Counted from the stretch's first letter, positions 9,160 to 19,593 are shown. The stretch: DNA of 54,103 bases from Saprospiraceae bacterium (GCA_035268885.1 DATFKA010000149.1:1-54103); one strand, 5' to 3'. The notes: generated by a model not told the origin, from the letters alone. Numbers and translations are program-made.

Positions 9160-10629
9160 TTACTGTTTTAATATTAACCCATTGCCTTCCCAGCTGATTT
9201 CCTGGTTCAGATCCAGCAGGAAACCATTGACTACGGCGTATTCAACTTTACCGGCTTTAGCGAGCAGGAAGGTGGTGGGTATGACCCCGTCCCGAGGCTT
9301 TTCCATTTTAAATTCCGGAGAAACCACCATCACGGGATACCGTATCTCATTACCAGCATTCTGGGTGGAAACCACTCTGAAATGGGTATAGCCCTGGCGC
9401 AATAAAAAGGAAAAATCCAGTCTGGAAAGGGCCGACAAGTCGGGCAGTACCCTGGGATATACCTGGCCATCCTGAAGCGTATAGTCTGTGCAGTCGAGCG
9501 TGGTATACCCAAAGTAAGTAGATAGATCTCCCTGATCGACGACCCGACTACGAAAATAAAAATCATCGTGTCCCGGCAAATCGATCTCATTGTGGTGAAT
9601 CCCTACATCCAGGCGGTAAGTATTGCCCCTTAGTGGATAATTTAGGTTTTCCAGCTTCAGATCAAAGAGTTTGCGATCGTTCCAGGGAATGCGGTTGTAC
9701 TCCGCCAGGCCTGCATCTGCAAAAGAACCATCGGCAATGGCAAAAATCGCCGAAAGGATAGATACATAATTGAGTTTACGAATCTCTTGCTTTTCGCGAT
9801 CATTGGGATAGCCACCCGACTCAATCAGGATCGTACTGGTTCCCCATTTTTGCAAATTGTCGCCAAAGGCCCTTGGCTCGAACGCATCACTGTAGCGACC
9901 GACCTGTCCGGGGGCGTATTTTTGTATGATGCGATTCATCATGACGATAACTTTCATAGCATTAGCCCGCACGGTATTCACCGACTTTGCATAATCGTAG
10001 GCGGGTGCCAGGTAAGAAATGGTCGCCGTCTTATCGGTACGAAGGGCATTGTAGTACCGACTCTGATCGTGCAGATTAAAGCCAAAATCGGCCTCCAGGC
10101 TGTCGCGGACTGCCTTTAAGGTGCGTCCCTCGGGAGATTGTAATCGAAGGGCGTCCCGATTAACATCGATCCCCAGGGCATTGCGGCGCTGAAACAATTC
10201 TGCGCCATCGGGGTTCAGCATAGGTAAGAAATGTAGACGGACTCGACTCAGCAGCCCCTGTTTTTGCACCTCGAAATCCTTACTGGTCAGGAAATTAAGA
10301 ATATCAAAAATGGCCATAGTTGCCGTTGGCTCATCGCCATGCATTTGGGACCAAAGGAAGACGTCGACCTCCCCTACTCCCACGCTGACCAGGCTTAGGC
10401 TACGTCCCTGAATAGAGGTCCCTACCTGTCGTACTTCAAAGCCTGGTTCGGTCTTCAGCTTTTGTAAAAGTGGCTGAATATCATCGTGCTTAACGCGCCG
10501 TTTGGTGAGACTGGGTTCTCGGTACCGTTCGTAGGTTTCGTAGAGTTGTTCGGTGATTGGGTTTTGACTAAAACCTGACTGGGAGGTTAGCAACAAAACC
10601 ATTATGAAGGGAAGTAAACATCGATGCAT
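9160..10629 (-). CDS. M14-family zinc metallocarboxypeptidase
   Basis: 489 aa with signal peptide; zinc-binding HxxE motif in WSQMHGDEPTAT typical of M14 peptidases. Confidence 0.75.
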   Translation of the reverse strand: MHRCLLPFIMVLLLTSQSGFSQNPITEQLYETYERYREPSLTKRRVKHDDIQPLLQKLKTEPGFEVRQVGTSIQGRSLSLVSVGVGEVDVFLWSQMHGDEPTATMAIFDILNFLTSKDFEVQKQGLLSRVRLHFLPMLNPDGAELFQRRNALGIDVNRDALRLQSPEGRTLKAVRDSLEADFGFNLHDQSRYYNALRTDKTATISYLAPAYDYAKSVNTVRANAMKVIVMMNRIIQKYAPGQVGRYSDAFEPRAFGDNLQKWGTSTILIESGGYPNDREKQEIRKLNYVSILSAIFAIADGSFADAGLAEYNRIPWNDRKLFDLKLENLNYPLRGNTYRLDVGIHHNEIDLPGHDDFYFRSRVVDQGDLSTYFGYTTLDCTDYTLQDGQVYPRVLPDLSALSRLDFSFLLRQGYTHFRVVSTQNAGNEIRYPVMVVSPEFKMEKPRDGVIPTTFLLAKAGKVEYAVVNGFLLDLNQEISWEGNGLILKQ

Positions 10630-10741
10630 AGCTTTTTTTCAGAAAAATAGCTAAAAAGATTAGCTCTGGCAAATAGGGTTTAAACCTGTGTAACAGAGGT
10701 TACACTTTTTGTTGGGGGACTTGTTTTTCTTTAGAACAAAA

Positions 10742-11287
10742 ATGAGATTTTACGCCTCTATTCTACTTCCTCTTCTAATGAGTCTATCTCTGTACGCACA
10801 GGCACAAAGTATCGTGCATCATCCAGCCTACCTAACAGAAGGGCATCCCATTCCCCATTTCCGGGCAGCGATTATTATTGGCCACACCATCATTCCAGCA
10901 CTGGAAAGTAATGATTACGCTGCTATTCCGTCCTGGGGCATAGATTTAGAATACTGGACAAACGAAAAATTTGGCATTGGGCTACATAATGATCTGGAGA
11001 TCGCTAATTTTATTGTTGAACAAGACCATAAGGAATTTCTGGAACGAGAATATCCATTGGTGCTTACGCTGGATGCGCTGTATAAGCCATGGAGAGGATT
11101 GGTCCTACAAGCCGGCCCAGGAATGGAAATTGAAGCAAACGAAAGCTTTTTACTCTTTCGATTAGGTTTGGAATACGAATTTCAACTAAACCACCATTGG
11201 GATATCTTTCCTACTTTCTTCTACGATGCCCGAGAAGATGCTTACCATACCTGGTCAGTCGGCCTGGGTGTCGGGAAAAGATTTTAA
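10742..11287 (+). CDS. hypothetical secreted/outer-membrane protein (His-rich N-terminal region)
   Basis: Signal peptide MRFYASILLPLLMSLSLYAQA; start at 10742 preferred over 10709; no recognisable domain. Confidence 0.5.
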   Translation: MRFYASILLPLLMSLSLYAQAQSIVHHPAYLTEGHPIPHFRAAIIIGHTIIPALESNDYAAIPSWGIDLEYWTNEKFGIGLHNDLEIANFIVEQDHKEFLEREYPLVLTLDALYKPWRGLVLQAGPGMEIEANESFLLFRLGLEYEFQLNHHWDIFPTFFYDAREDAYHTWSVGLGVGKRF

Positions 11288-11320
11288 TGTAAGTTCGAAG
11301 TAGACACTTCGAACTTACAT
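11287..11320 (+). terminator. Rho-independent terminator hairpin (15-bp stem) after hypothetical gene
   Basis: atgtaagttcgaagt / acttcgaacttacat perfect inverted repeat with 4-nt loop, overlapping the stop codon and followed by an A/T-rich run. Confidence 0.6.
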
Positions 11321-11330
11321 AATAAATTTT

Positions 11331-11354
11331 GGGGCGAAGCTTTCACTTCACCCC
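11331..11354 (-). terminator. Rho-independent terminator for typA
   Basis: ggggcgaag/cttcacccc stem with one mismatch, flanked by tttt/aaaa, 13 nt downstream of the typA stop. Confidence 0.6.
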
Positions 11355-11366
11355 AAAACATACTCA

Positions 11367-13172
11367 CTAAGCCAGCGCCGGATTTTTCGCGCGCTTGCGC
11401 TCGTGTTCTTTCAGTAAAACCTTACGAATCCGCAGTGATTCTGGTGTCACCTCAACGTACTCGTCGCCCTGGATATATTCCAGTGCTTCTTCGAGTGTAA
11501 ACAATCGAGGAGGAACCAGTTTGAGCTTATCATCCGCTCCGGCAGAGCGCACATTACTCATTTTCTTGGCTTTGGTCAGATTGACCACCATGTCGCCTGG
11601 GCGGGCATTCTCCCCGACCACCTGTCCTTCGTAGATATCCTGGTTGGGTTCTACAAAGAAAATACCGCGATCCTGCAGGTTATTGATAGAGTAAGGAATC
11701 GCCTTTCCGTTCTCCATAGAAATCATAGAACCATTCTGGCGTCCGGGGATCTCACCTTTAAATGGTTGGTACTCTTTGAAGCGGTGCGACATAATCGCCT
11801 CACCTGCCGTAGCGGTCAGCATAGTATTCCGCAGCCCCATAATGCCACGGGAAGGAATCTCAAAGGTCAAATAAACCCGGTCGTTACGGTTTTCCATGGA
11901 TAGCATGACGCCTTTACGACGGGTCACCCAGTCAATGGCGGTACCCGAATACTGCTCGGGCAAGTCAATCGACAGCTCTTCGATCGGCTCGTGTTTACGA
12001 CCGTCGATCTCTTTGGTTAACACCTGTGGCTGACCGATCTGCAATTCGTAACCTTCGCGACGCATGGTCTCGATCAGTACGGATAAGTGCAGCACCCCGC
12101 GACCGTATACTTTAAAGGAATCAGCGGTGGCACCCGGCTCGACGCGCAGGGCCAGGTTTTTCTCCAGTTCTTTTTCCAGCCGCTCTTTGATGTGTCGAGA
12201 AGTTACGTATTTCCCTTCTTTACCAAAGAATGGCGAATCGTTGATGGTAAACTGCATCGACATGGTAGGCTCGTCGATAGCAATGGGCTCCAGGGCTTCC
12301 GGATTATCAATATCTGCAATGGTATCACCGATTTCAAAACCTTCGACTCCGACAATACCACAGATATCGCCCGCTTCTACCTTGTCGGTTTTCTTTTTCT
12401 CAAAACCCTCGAAGGTAAACAAGCCGCGAATACGGCTCTTTTGGATGCTTCCGTCTTTTTTACAGAGGCTAACCTGCTGGCCGTCTTTTAGTTCTCCGCG
12501 CTGCAAGCGACCGATGGCGATCCGTCCAATGTAGTTGGAGAAATCCAGGGAGGTGATCAATAGCTGGGGCGTACCTTCTTCCACCTTTGGCTCGGGTACA
12601 TAATCAACGATGGTTTCCAGCAGGGGGACGATATTATCCGTTGGTTCTTTCCAGTCTTCGCTCATCCAGCCATTTTTGGCCGAACCAAAGATCGTGGGGA
12701 ATTCCAGTTGTTGTTCGGTGGCATCCAGACCCAGCATGAGGTCGAATACGGCCTCCTGCGCCAGATCAGGCGTACAATTTTCCTTATCTACTTTATTGAC
12801 AACCACGATGGGGTTCAAGCCCAGTTCTATCGCTTTTTGTAAGACAAAGCGCGTTTGTGGCATGGGACCTTCAAAAGCATCGACCAATAAAAGTACACCG
12901 TCGGCCATATTGAGCACCCGCTCTACTTCCCCTCCGAAATCGGAGTGACCAGGGGTGTCGATAATATTAATTTTAATATCCTTGTAGCGGATAGAAACGT
13001 TCTTCGCCAGAATCGTGATTCCACGCTCGCGTTCCAACTCGTTACTATCCATAATGAGTTCACCGGGCTTCTCGTGATCGGCGAAGAGTTCACCGGCGTG
13101 TATCATCTTATCAACCAGGGTTGTCTTTCCGTGGTCGACGTGGGCGATAATGGCAATATTTCTTAATGACAT
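11367..13172 (-). CDS. typA: translational GTPase TypA/BipA
   Basis: 601 aa; N-terminus NIAIIAHVDHGKTTLVD (G1), DTPGHSDF (G3), NKVD (G4); EF-G-like domain order. Confidence 0.95.
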   Translation of the reverse strand: MSLRNIAIIAHVDHGKTTLVDKMIHAGELFADHEKPGELIMDSNELERERGITILAKNVSIRYKDIKINIIDTPGHSDFGGEVERVLNMADGVLLLVDAFEGPMPQTRFVLQKAIELGLNPIVVVNKVDKENCTPDLAQEAVFDLMLGLDATEQQLEFPTIFGSAKNGWMSEDWKEPTDNIVPLLETIVDYVPEPKVEEGTPQLLITSLDFSNYIGRIAIGRLQRGELKDGQQVSLCKKDGSIQKSRIRGLFTFEGFEKKKTDKVEAGDICGIVGVEGFEIGDTIADIDNPEALEPIAIDEPTMSMQFTINDSPFFGKEGKYVTSRHIKERLEKELEKNLALRVEPGATADSFKVYGRGVLHLSVLIETMRREGYELQIGQPQVLTKEIDGRKHEPIEELSIDLPEQYSGTAIDWVTRRKGVMLSMENRNDRVYLTFEIPSRGIMGLRNTMLTATAGEAIMSHRFKEYQPFKGEIPGRQNGSMISMENGKAIPYSINNLQDRGIFFVEPNQDIYEGQVVGENARPGDMVVNLTKAKKMSNVRSAGADDKLKLVPPRLFTLEEALEYIQGDEYVEVTPESLRIRKVLLKEHERKRAKNPALA

Positions 13173-13531
13173 CTTAGAGTGATTAAAGGAAGATAAGCTT
13201 GTCTTGGCCGCTCTTCCTGATGATTATTTTCTGTTACGCTTCCGCAAACCCCATAGAGATGCCTATGGCAAAAGTATGGCGTACCCGTAACAGCGCGCAA
13301 AGGTACAGCTTTTTTTAATCCGCTGCATCAAGGGAATGTTAATTCTTGGTTGATTAAGCTGGAGCATTGGCCTAAGGCAAAAAAAGTGGCCAGAAGACAA
13401 TCACTCAGGATCGGCATCTGGCCACGGTGGGGTTTTCATTGGATATGTACAAAAGATTTTAGTACATGAATTTATGAAACGTGTTCATTTGGGCTTATTG
13501 GGAATAAATCGAATCGTATAAAAAACTTTCC

Positions 13532-13807
13532 TTATCTGAGGTTAAAGCTCTTAATCACCTGGGTTTTGGTCTTGGGGTTTGCGATCAAGTCTACATTTAG
13601 AGTGCAACGCTCAAACTGCAGGGCGTAACGCTGCTGCACGTGGTTGGCATTGAGCGATTGCTGACCTAATTTTTGTAAGCCCAGGAAGTTTCCAACTTCT
13701 TCGCCGAAATTATTCATCAGGTCTTTTAGGCCTTGCAAAGATTGGTTCGAGTCCCGGTTTTTCATCAGGCCAACGGTAAGGCCCATTTTAATTTTTTTAA
13801 TATTCAT
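13532..13807 (-). CDS. hypothetical small protein
   Basis: 91-aa ORF, the only one in a 1.3-kb AT-rich spacer downstream of ftsZ; no recognisable motif. Confidence 0.35.
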   Translation of the reverse strand: MNIKKIKMGLTVGLMKNRDSNQSLQGLKDLMNNFGEEVGNFLGLQKLGQQSLNANHVQQRYALQFERCTLNVDLIANPKTKTQVIKSFNLR

Positions 13808-14313
13808 GGTGGATATGATTCACAGGTTATTAATTCGGATGTCAAACGTTTTATTTATAACTCAAATATGCGGAGGATGTTGTAGATTTTTCTTTAAGGT
13901 CTTGTTAATTACTGCTTCGGATACGTTAATTACTGTTTGCGTTTCTTAACAGCTTCCTAAAAGTTAATCCAATTAACTCCCGCCTTCATTAGTAAGTGTC
14001 TCCAAATGGAAAAATGTAACCACTTTTAAGACGCTTTTTTTAATAAAAGTTACATCCTACTTACGAAGCTACTGGCCGTTTGGATTTTTTGTTGGTTCTT
14101 TTTTTTTTAAAGAACTTTGAAAAGGTCAAATACACTCCCTCCAGGAAGACAAATCGTACCTCTTTGAAGTAGGGGTGATTGGTTCTATTTAATAGTTGGA
14201 ACTTAGACAAGGGGGACCTTTCTGTTCTAAGTTCAGTCTCTTAATTACAATCACTCCTACCTCAAAAAACCAGATCCCACTGACCTTAGATTTGCACCCT
14301 TTTCGCAAAAGCA

Positions 14314-14347
14314 TAAAAAAAAAGAGTCCGACAACGGGGCCGGACTC
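14314..14347 (-). terminator. Rho-independent terminator at the end of the dcw cluster (after ftsZ)
   Basis: gagtccg/cggactc 7-bp stem followed on the minus strand by a 9-nt T-run, about 135 nt downstream of the ftsZ stop. Confidence 0.6.
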
Positions 14348-14483
14348 GAAAATAAATACTAGTATTCTCAGTTTAAATGGACTAAAAATTAGTATCAGTA
14401 AATACTAGTACACTGCGTAAGCAATTTCTAAGTATTTTGAAACCTTAGGTTTCATAAAGCATATTAACTTTTTACACAGTGTA

Positions 14484-15944
14484 CTAGTCAACATTATCGT
14501 GTAAATAAGAATTTTGCTCATTGATGCTTGGTTGCTCGCCTACTTCTCCATTGATCGACCAATGGGAGATTTCCTGCTCATCCGATTCGGGAACATCCTC
14601 CAGGTTAACCCCTCTGCGTAGATAAGCGGGCTTATTTTCCAGTTCGATCAATTTTTTAGGGTTACTAAATTTCGGCGGTTCCGCCTGTCCGCGTTTTTTT
14701 CCCTGTTGTGCCCAGTATTTTTGGCGCTTATCCTCATCGGAGGCAGCAGACTTACCCGCCTTCTCCTCGGATTCGTCATTGGTCCAGCGAAAATTATTGA
14801 GTCGTTCCATTGAGGCGCGCACATCGTCAAATTCGTACGTATTGGGACGCGCTTCTCGCTCTTCTTCTTGGTAACCGATATCTGAGAGGGTCGGGGTATC
14901 TTTTTTAGGCTTCTTAGGTATAGCTTCTTCGTCGTCAAGTGAAACCACTTTACGCCGATTCTGCTCCTGACGCAGGCCATCCAGATTCCGGTGCTTAAAG
15001 CCCGTGGCGATCACCGTTACGGCAATTTTCTCGCCCAGACTTTCGTCGTAGCAATTCCCCCAGATCAGATCGGTACCATGCCCGGCTTCTTCCTGAACGA
15101 ATTCGGTAATCTCAAAGATTTCGTCCATGGTCACCTCCTTCTGTCCGGAAGTAATATTTAGCAGGATATGCTGTGCACCCCGGATGTCGTTATCCTCCAG
15201 TAGTGGCGAGTGTAAGGCCTCATCGACAGCCTGCTTAGCGCGATCTTCTCCTTCCGCAGAAGCGGTACCCATAATCGCTACCCCACTTTCGCGCATGACC
15301 GTATTGACATCCTCGAAGTCTACGTTCACATAACCCGGTACAGTAATGATCTCGGCGATACCTTTGGCCGCGGTCGTCAGTATATTATCCGCTTGCGCAA
15401 AAGCATTACTGATGGACAGATTACCAAAGATCTGACGCAGTTTGTCGTTAGAGATGATAATAATGGTATCCACATTATCTTTGAGATCGTTAAGTCCTTC
15501 CATTCCCTGAGAGGAGCGACGGCGTCCCTCAAAGGTAAAAGGGAGGGTTACGATGCCCACGGTCAATACGCCCATCTCCCGTGCGGTGCGCGCAATGATG
15601 GGCGCAGCTCCGGTCCCCGTACCACCCCCCATACCAGCCGTGATAAAGAGCATTTTACAATTATTATCCAGGTACTGCCGTACCTCTTCGATAGATTCTT
15701 CACAAGCCAACTTACCTACGGCCGGTTTGGAGCCCGCTCCACGTCCTTCGGTTAGTTCTGGTCCCAGTTGAATTTTAGTGGGAACGGGGCTTTGTTGCAT
15801 GGCTTGCGCATCGGTATTACAGATGGCAAAATCAACCCCAACGATGCCCTGATTATACATGTGGGTCACGGCATTACTCCCGCCACCTCCTACGCCCAAT
15901 ACTTTGATGATGGGGCTTTCATTTTTAGGAATATCAAAAATCAT
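14484..15944 (-). CDS. ftsZ: cell division protein FtsZ
   Basis: 486 aa; tubulin signature GVGGGGSNAV, GGGTGTG loop, long disordered C-terminal tail. Confidence 0.97.
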   Translation of the reverse strand: MIFDIPKNESPIIKVLGVGGGGSNAVTHMYNQGIVGVDFAICNTDAQAMQQSPVPTKIQLGPELTEGRGAGSKPAVGKLACEESIEEVRQYLDNNCKMLFITAGMGGGTGTGAAPIIARTAREMGVLTVGIVTLPFTFEGRRRSSQGMEGLNDLKDNVDTIIIISNDKLRQIFGNLSISNAFAQADNILTTAAKGIAEIITVPGYVNVDFEDVNTVMRESGVAIMGTASAEGEDRAKQAVDEALHSPLLEDNDIRGAQHILLNITSGQKEVTMDEIFEITEFVQEEAGHGTDLIWGNCYDESLGEKIAVTVIATGFKHRNLDGLRQEQNRRKVVSLDDEEAIPKKPKKDTPTLSDIGYQEEEREARPNTYEFDDVRASMERLNNFRWTNDESEEKAGKSAASDEDKRQKYWAQQGKKRGQAEPPKFSNPKKLIELENKPAYLRRGVNLEDVPESDEQEISHWSINGEVGEQPSINEQNSYLHDNVD

Positions 15945-15996
15945 GATATATTATTTTAGATTAGTCAATTGATTAAGTAAGGTAAATCCGACCTGT

Positions 15997-17319
15997 TTAC
16001 ATGTCGGGATCTGGTTCCGTTTCAAACCATTCCTTAGTTTTCTTAAAGATCTGTTCGTACCACTTGTCTCCCATTTCAACGACCACCTCCTCAGGTTCTT
16101 CCTGAGTCGACGCCTTTGGTTCCGCTTTCGGTACGCTTGCCACCAGACCGGTGGTTCGATCTTCAATACCTTTCATCAACAGACCAATCGCAGTTGCGTA
16201 AATTGGACTACTCAGCGCCTCGTTATATCCATGCGCCAGATGTTCTACCGGAATACCGATCCGGGTATTCATCCCCAAACGATATTCGGTCAGTTTTTCA
16301 ATATTATTCAGTAAAGCACCACCTCCGGTAAGAACGATTCCACCGATCAGCTTGCGCTCAAAACCAGAGCGCTTGATCTCCCAGGCAGCCCAGTCGAGGA
16401 TTTCCTCCACTCTGGCCTGAATGATACGGGCCAGATTCTTTTCGGAAATCTCGCGCGCCTCTCTGCCCCGCAGGCCAGGAATAGAAATGATGCGATTATC
16501 AAATACTTCTGAAGCCAGGGCTGATCCGTACTTCACTTTCAGTTTTTCGGCCTGTGGTGTCATAACCGTACAGCCTTCCTTGATATCCTTGGTGATCACA
16601 TTGCCACCAAAAGGAATGACGGCCGTATGGCGAATAATGCCATCCTGAAAGATAGTAATATCCGTAGTTCCCCCCCCGATATCGATCAGGGCCACACCCG
16701 CTTCTTTTTCTTCATGGCTAAGTACCGCCATAGCCGAAGCAATGGGTTCCAGGGTCATACTGGCCAGTCTTAACTTACTGCGCTCCACACAACGTTGAAT
16801 ATTATTAGAAGCGGTAATCTGCCCGGTAATGATGTGAAAATTAGCCTCTAGGCGGACTCCTGACATACCAATGGGATCTGTGATACCCTGCTCGTTATCT
16901 ACGGTGTATTCCTGAGGAATGACGTGAATAATCTTGTCTCCCGGTGGCAGCACCAATTTGTACATATCGGCGATCAATCGCTCGATATCTGAATGGTCGA
17001 TCTCATTGAGATCATTCTCCCGGGTAAGAATGCCCCGGTGCTGTAAGCTGTTAATGTGCTGGCCAGCGATACCTACGTGTACGGTATCAAATTCGATCCC
17101 TGCCGATCGGCTGGCGTAGTCCGTAGCTTCGGAAATGGCATTAACCGTTTTCTCAATGTTGGAGACAACGCCGCGCAGTACACCTTTGGAGTGCACCTTA
17201 CCGGCTCCCAACACTTCAATACGACCATACTTGTCTTTCCGCCCGGCCACGGCACAGACCTTCGTCGTACCAATGTCCAGCGCTACAATTACGTCTGATT
17301 TTTTCGTGTTTTCTTCCAT
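15997..17319 (-). CDS. ftsA: cell division protein FtsA
   Basis: 440 aa; actin-like ATPase, VALDIGTTKVCAVAG N-terminus; adjacent to ftsZ. Confidence 0.95.
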   Translation of the reverse strand: MEENTKKSDVIVALDIGTTKVCAVAGRKDKYGRIEVLGAGKVHSKGVLRGVVSNIEKTVNAISEATDYASRSAGIEFDTVHVGIAGQHINSLQHRGILTRENDLNEIDHSDIERLIADMYKLVLPPGDKIIHVIPQEYTVDNEQGITDPIGMSGVRLEANFHIITGQITASNNIQRCVERSKLRLASMTLEPIASAMAVLSHEEKEAGVALIDIGGGTTDITIFQDGIIRHTAVIPFGGNVITKDIKEGCTVMTPQAEKLKVKYGSALASEVFDNRIISIPGLRGREAREISEKNLARIIQARVEEILDWAAWEIKRSGFERKLIGGIVLTGGGALLNNIEKLTEYRLGMNTRIGIPVEHLAHGYNEALSSPIYATAIGLLMKGIEDRTTGLVASVPKAEPKASTQEEPEEVVVEMGDKWYEQIFKKTKEWFETEPDPDM

Positions 17320-17402
17320 TTTCTCTAATTTTTAGTCCTGAAATATCCGCCTGAGGCGGATTACTGAGTTCTTCTTTAGATGTCTATCTATATCTTATCC
17401 TG

Positions 17403-18176
17403 CTAGGAGCAGATTACTTGTCCTTTAAACTTCAAATTAACGGTCTGGTATTTTTTCCAGCCGTGAACCGGAACCGCCCGGTCGTAAAAGGCCTTCAGGT
17501 TCCTGAATTTTTCTTCTACCCGATCCATCTTCCCAAAAATGATCCGCTGATCACCAATCATGGGAACAAAAACAAAATCACCGGAATTACTGACGTAGAC
17601 CTGTTCGATCATACTCGACCAAAATTCATCCTCCTGAATCTGCCTGGTCAGGGCGAATAAGTCCTTCAGCACGTGTTTCTCTCTTTCGAGAAAATCCGGC
17701 ACGTGGGGTGGAATATTTCCGGTAGCCACCAGCGTTCTGGTGGTAAAATGCTTGGAGAGGGGCATCTTATAGCCCTCTCCGTCCAGATAGTAATTCAGTC
17801 CATTTTTATCAATTACCCGCAGGATGGGTTGTCGCTGCGTGATAGATATTTTAATGATGTTGGCTGCATTGATATACACATCGGCATCCTTAATAAAGGG
17901 CTCTTCTTCCAGCACTCGCTCAATACGTTCTACATTCACGTCTTTGATGGGACGCTCGTCAAAGCGGTAACCAAAACTGCGATCCAGGCTGAGCATCACA
18001 TCTCCCTGCTGGATGAGCAGCGTCGTATCGCCCAGTGGCTCGATAGCAATATCAACCGTTTGGATGGTACTCGTCTGCTTATATTCGATAGCGGATATAA
18101 CGAGTACGGCCGTCAGCAACAGCATTGCTGTCCAGCCGATTCGCTTCATGGCTCCTGTATATTGCTGTTGGCTCAT
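17403..18176 (-). CDS. ftsQ: cell division protein FtsQ
   Basis: 257 aa; single N-terminal TM then POTRA-like region; positioned between murC and ftsA. Confidence 0.8.
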   Translation of the reverse strand: MSQQQYTGAMKRIGWTAMLLLTAVLVISAIEYKQTSTIQTVDIAIEPLGDTTLLIQQGDVMLSLDRSFGYRFDERPIKDVNVERIERVLEEEPFIKDADVYINAANIIKISITQRQPILRVIDKNGLNYYLDGEGYKMPLSKHFTTRTLVATGNIPPHVPDFLEREKHVLKDLFALTRQIQEDEFWSSMIEQVYVSNSGDFVFVPMIGDQRIIFGKMDRVEEKFRNLKAFYDRAVPVHGWKKYQTVNLKFKGQVICS

Positions 18177-18192
18177 TGTGTTTTGTTGTTTT

Positions 18193-18245
18193 GCCCGCCT
18201 AAGGCGGGCCTGGTTAATCCGGAGACGCCAGCGTGGCGGCTTTAC
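18193..18245. repeat. two adjacent palindromic elements at the murC/ftsQ junction (GCCCGCCTAAGGCGGGC and GGAGACGCCAGCGTGGCGGCTTTAC)
   Basis: Read directly; the first belongs to the CGCCTNAGGCG family, the second matches the 28532 element at 22 of 25 positions. Confidence 0.85.
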
Positions 18246-19593
18246 GTTTTGTTAGATATTGTTTTATTTGGGGTACCAGGGTACTGATATCGCCTGCCCC
18301 CAGGGTCAGCAGTACTTCCGGTACTTTTTTCTTTATGGTGTCCAAAGCGTTATCCAATTGTACGCGATGGACGTTTGTATTTTTTATTTTTTGGGCTAAC
18401 CAATCACTGGTGACTCCTTCAATCGGCAACTCTCTGGCCGGATAAATATCCAGCAACAGTAATTCATCCAGGGTGCTTAGTGCTTCGGCAAAACCATCCG
18501 CAAAGTCTCTGGTACGGCTAAAGAGGTGTGGTTGAAAAACCCCCGTTATCTTGCGTTCCGGAAATAGGGCACGCGCTGCATTAATAGCTGCTTTTAGCTC
18601 CGTTGGATGGTGAGCATAATCGTCGTAAAAAGCGATTTCCTCGTCGCGATAGACCAATTCAAAGCGCCGTTGTATCCCTTTGAAGTTTTGCAAGCCTTTC
18701 CGGATAGCCGTTTCGGAGATTCCCAGTTCCAGGGCAATGGTAATCGCCAGCGTCGCATTCTCAACGTTATGTCGGCCCGGCATGGTAAACCGAAGGTCCT
18801 TCATACGGATATTCGGATTCGTATAGTCGAAGCAGAAATAGCCCCCTTCTACTCTTATTTGTTCCGCCCGGTAAGTCCCTGTCTCCAGGCCAAAGGAAGC
18901 CACTCTCTCTTGTCCTGAAAAATCAGAAACAAAATCCTGCTGAACCCACAATTTGCCACCCGGCTTCCGCTTTTTAGCGAAAGCCTGAAAACCGGTCTCC
19001 AGTAATGATTGTGCATCCCCATAGATATCCAGATGGTCGGCATCCATGGATAGAATGCCCGACAGATCAGGAGAAAGATGCAAGAAGGAACGATCAAATT
19101 CATCGGCTTCCACGACGACCCATTCACTCTGCCCGTCGATATAGTTCGATCCATAGTTTTGGGCAATTCCTCCTAAAAAAGCAGTACAATCCAGACCACC
19201 TTCCTGTAGTAAATGAGCGGTAATTGAACTGGTGGTCGTCTTACCATGCGTACCGGCAATAGCCACCGTCTTTTTACTACGGCTGATAATACCCAGCACT
19301 TCCGCACGTTTTTTTATAGGAAAACCATGAGTTTTGAAGTACTGAAGCTCCCGGTGGGTATTGGGTACGGCGGGCGTGTAGACCACCAAATCGACCTGAT
19401 CCGGAATGAGCTCCGGTGCCTCCTGATAGTGGATATGCATCCCTTCTGCTTCCAGGGCCACGGTCAGTGGCGTGGAGGTACGGTCATAGCCGTGCACTGC
19501 AACGCCCCTTCCATTGAAGTAGCGTGCCAGGGCACTCATGCCGATCCCTCCGATTCCTACGAAGTAGATGGTTTTAATGTCATTTAATTGCAT
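18214..19593 (-). CDS. murC: UDP-N-acetylmuramate--L-alanine ligase
   Basis: 459 aa; Mur ligase N-terminal Rossmann GIGGIGMS and P-loop GTHGKTTTS. Confidence 0.93.
   Translation of the reverse strand: MQLNDIKTIYFVGIGGIGMSALARYFNGRGVAVHGYDRTSTPLTVALEAEGMHIHYQEAPELIPDQVDLVVYTPAVPNTHRELQYFKTHGFPIKKRAEVLGIISRSKKTVAIAGTHGKTTTSSITAHLLQEGGLDCTAFLGGIAQNYGSNYIDGQSEWVVVEADEFDRSFLHLSPDLSGILSMDADHLDIYGDAQSLLETGFQAFAKKRKPGGKLWVQQDFVSDFSGQERVASFGLETGTYRAEQIRVEGGYFCFDYTNPNIRMKDLRFTMPGRHNVENATLAITIALELGISETAIRKGLQNFKGIQRRFELVYRDEEIAFYDDYAHHPTELKAAINAARALFPERKITGVFQPHLFSRTRDFADGFAEALSTLDELLLLDIYPARELPIEGVTSDWLAQKIKNTNVHRVQLDNALDTIKKKVPEVLLTLGAGDISTLVPQIKQYLTKRKAATLASPD

Noticed and set aside
14648-14980. 110-aa minus-strand ORF inside ftsZ (alternative frame)
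   Set aside because: Arg-rich frame shadow within the FtsZ C-terminal linker coding region.
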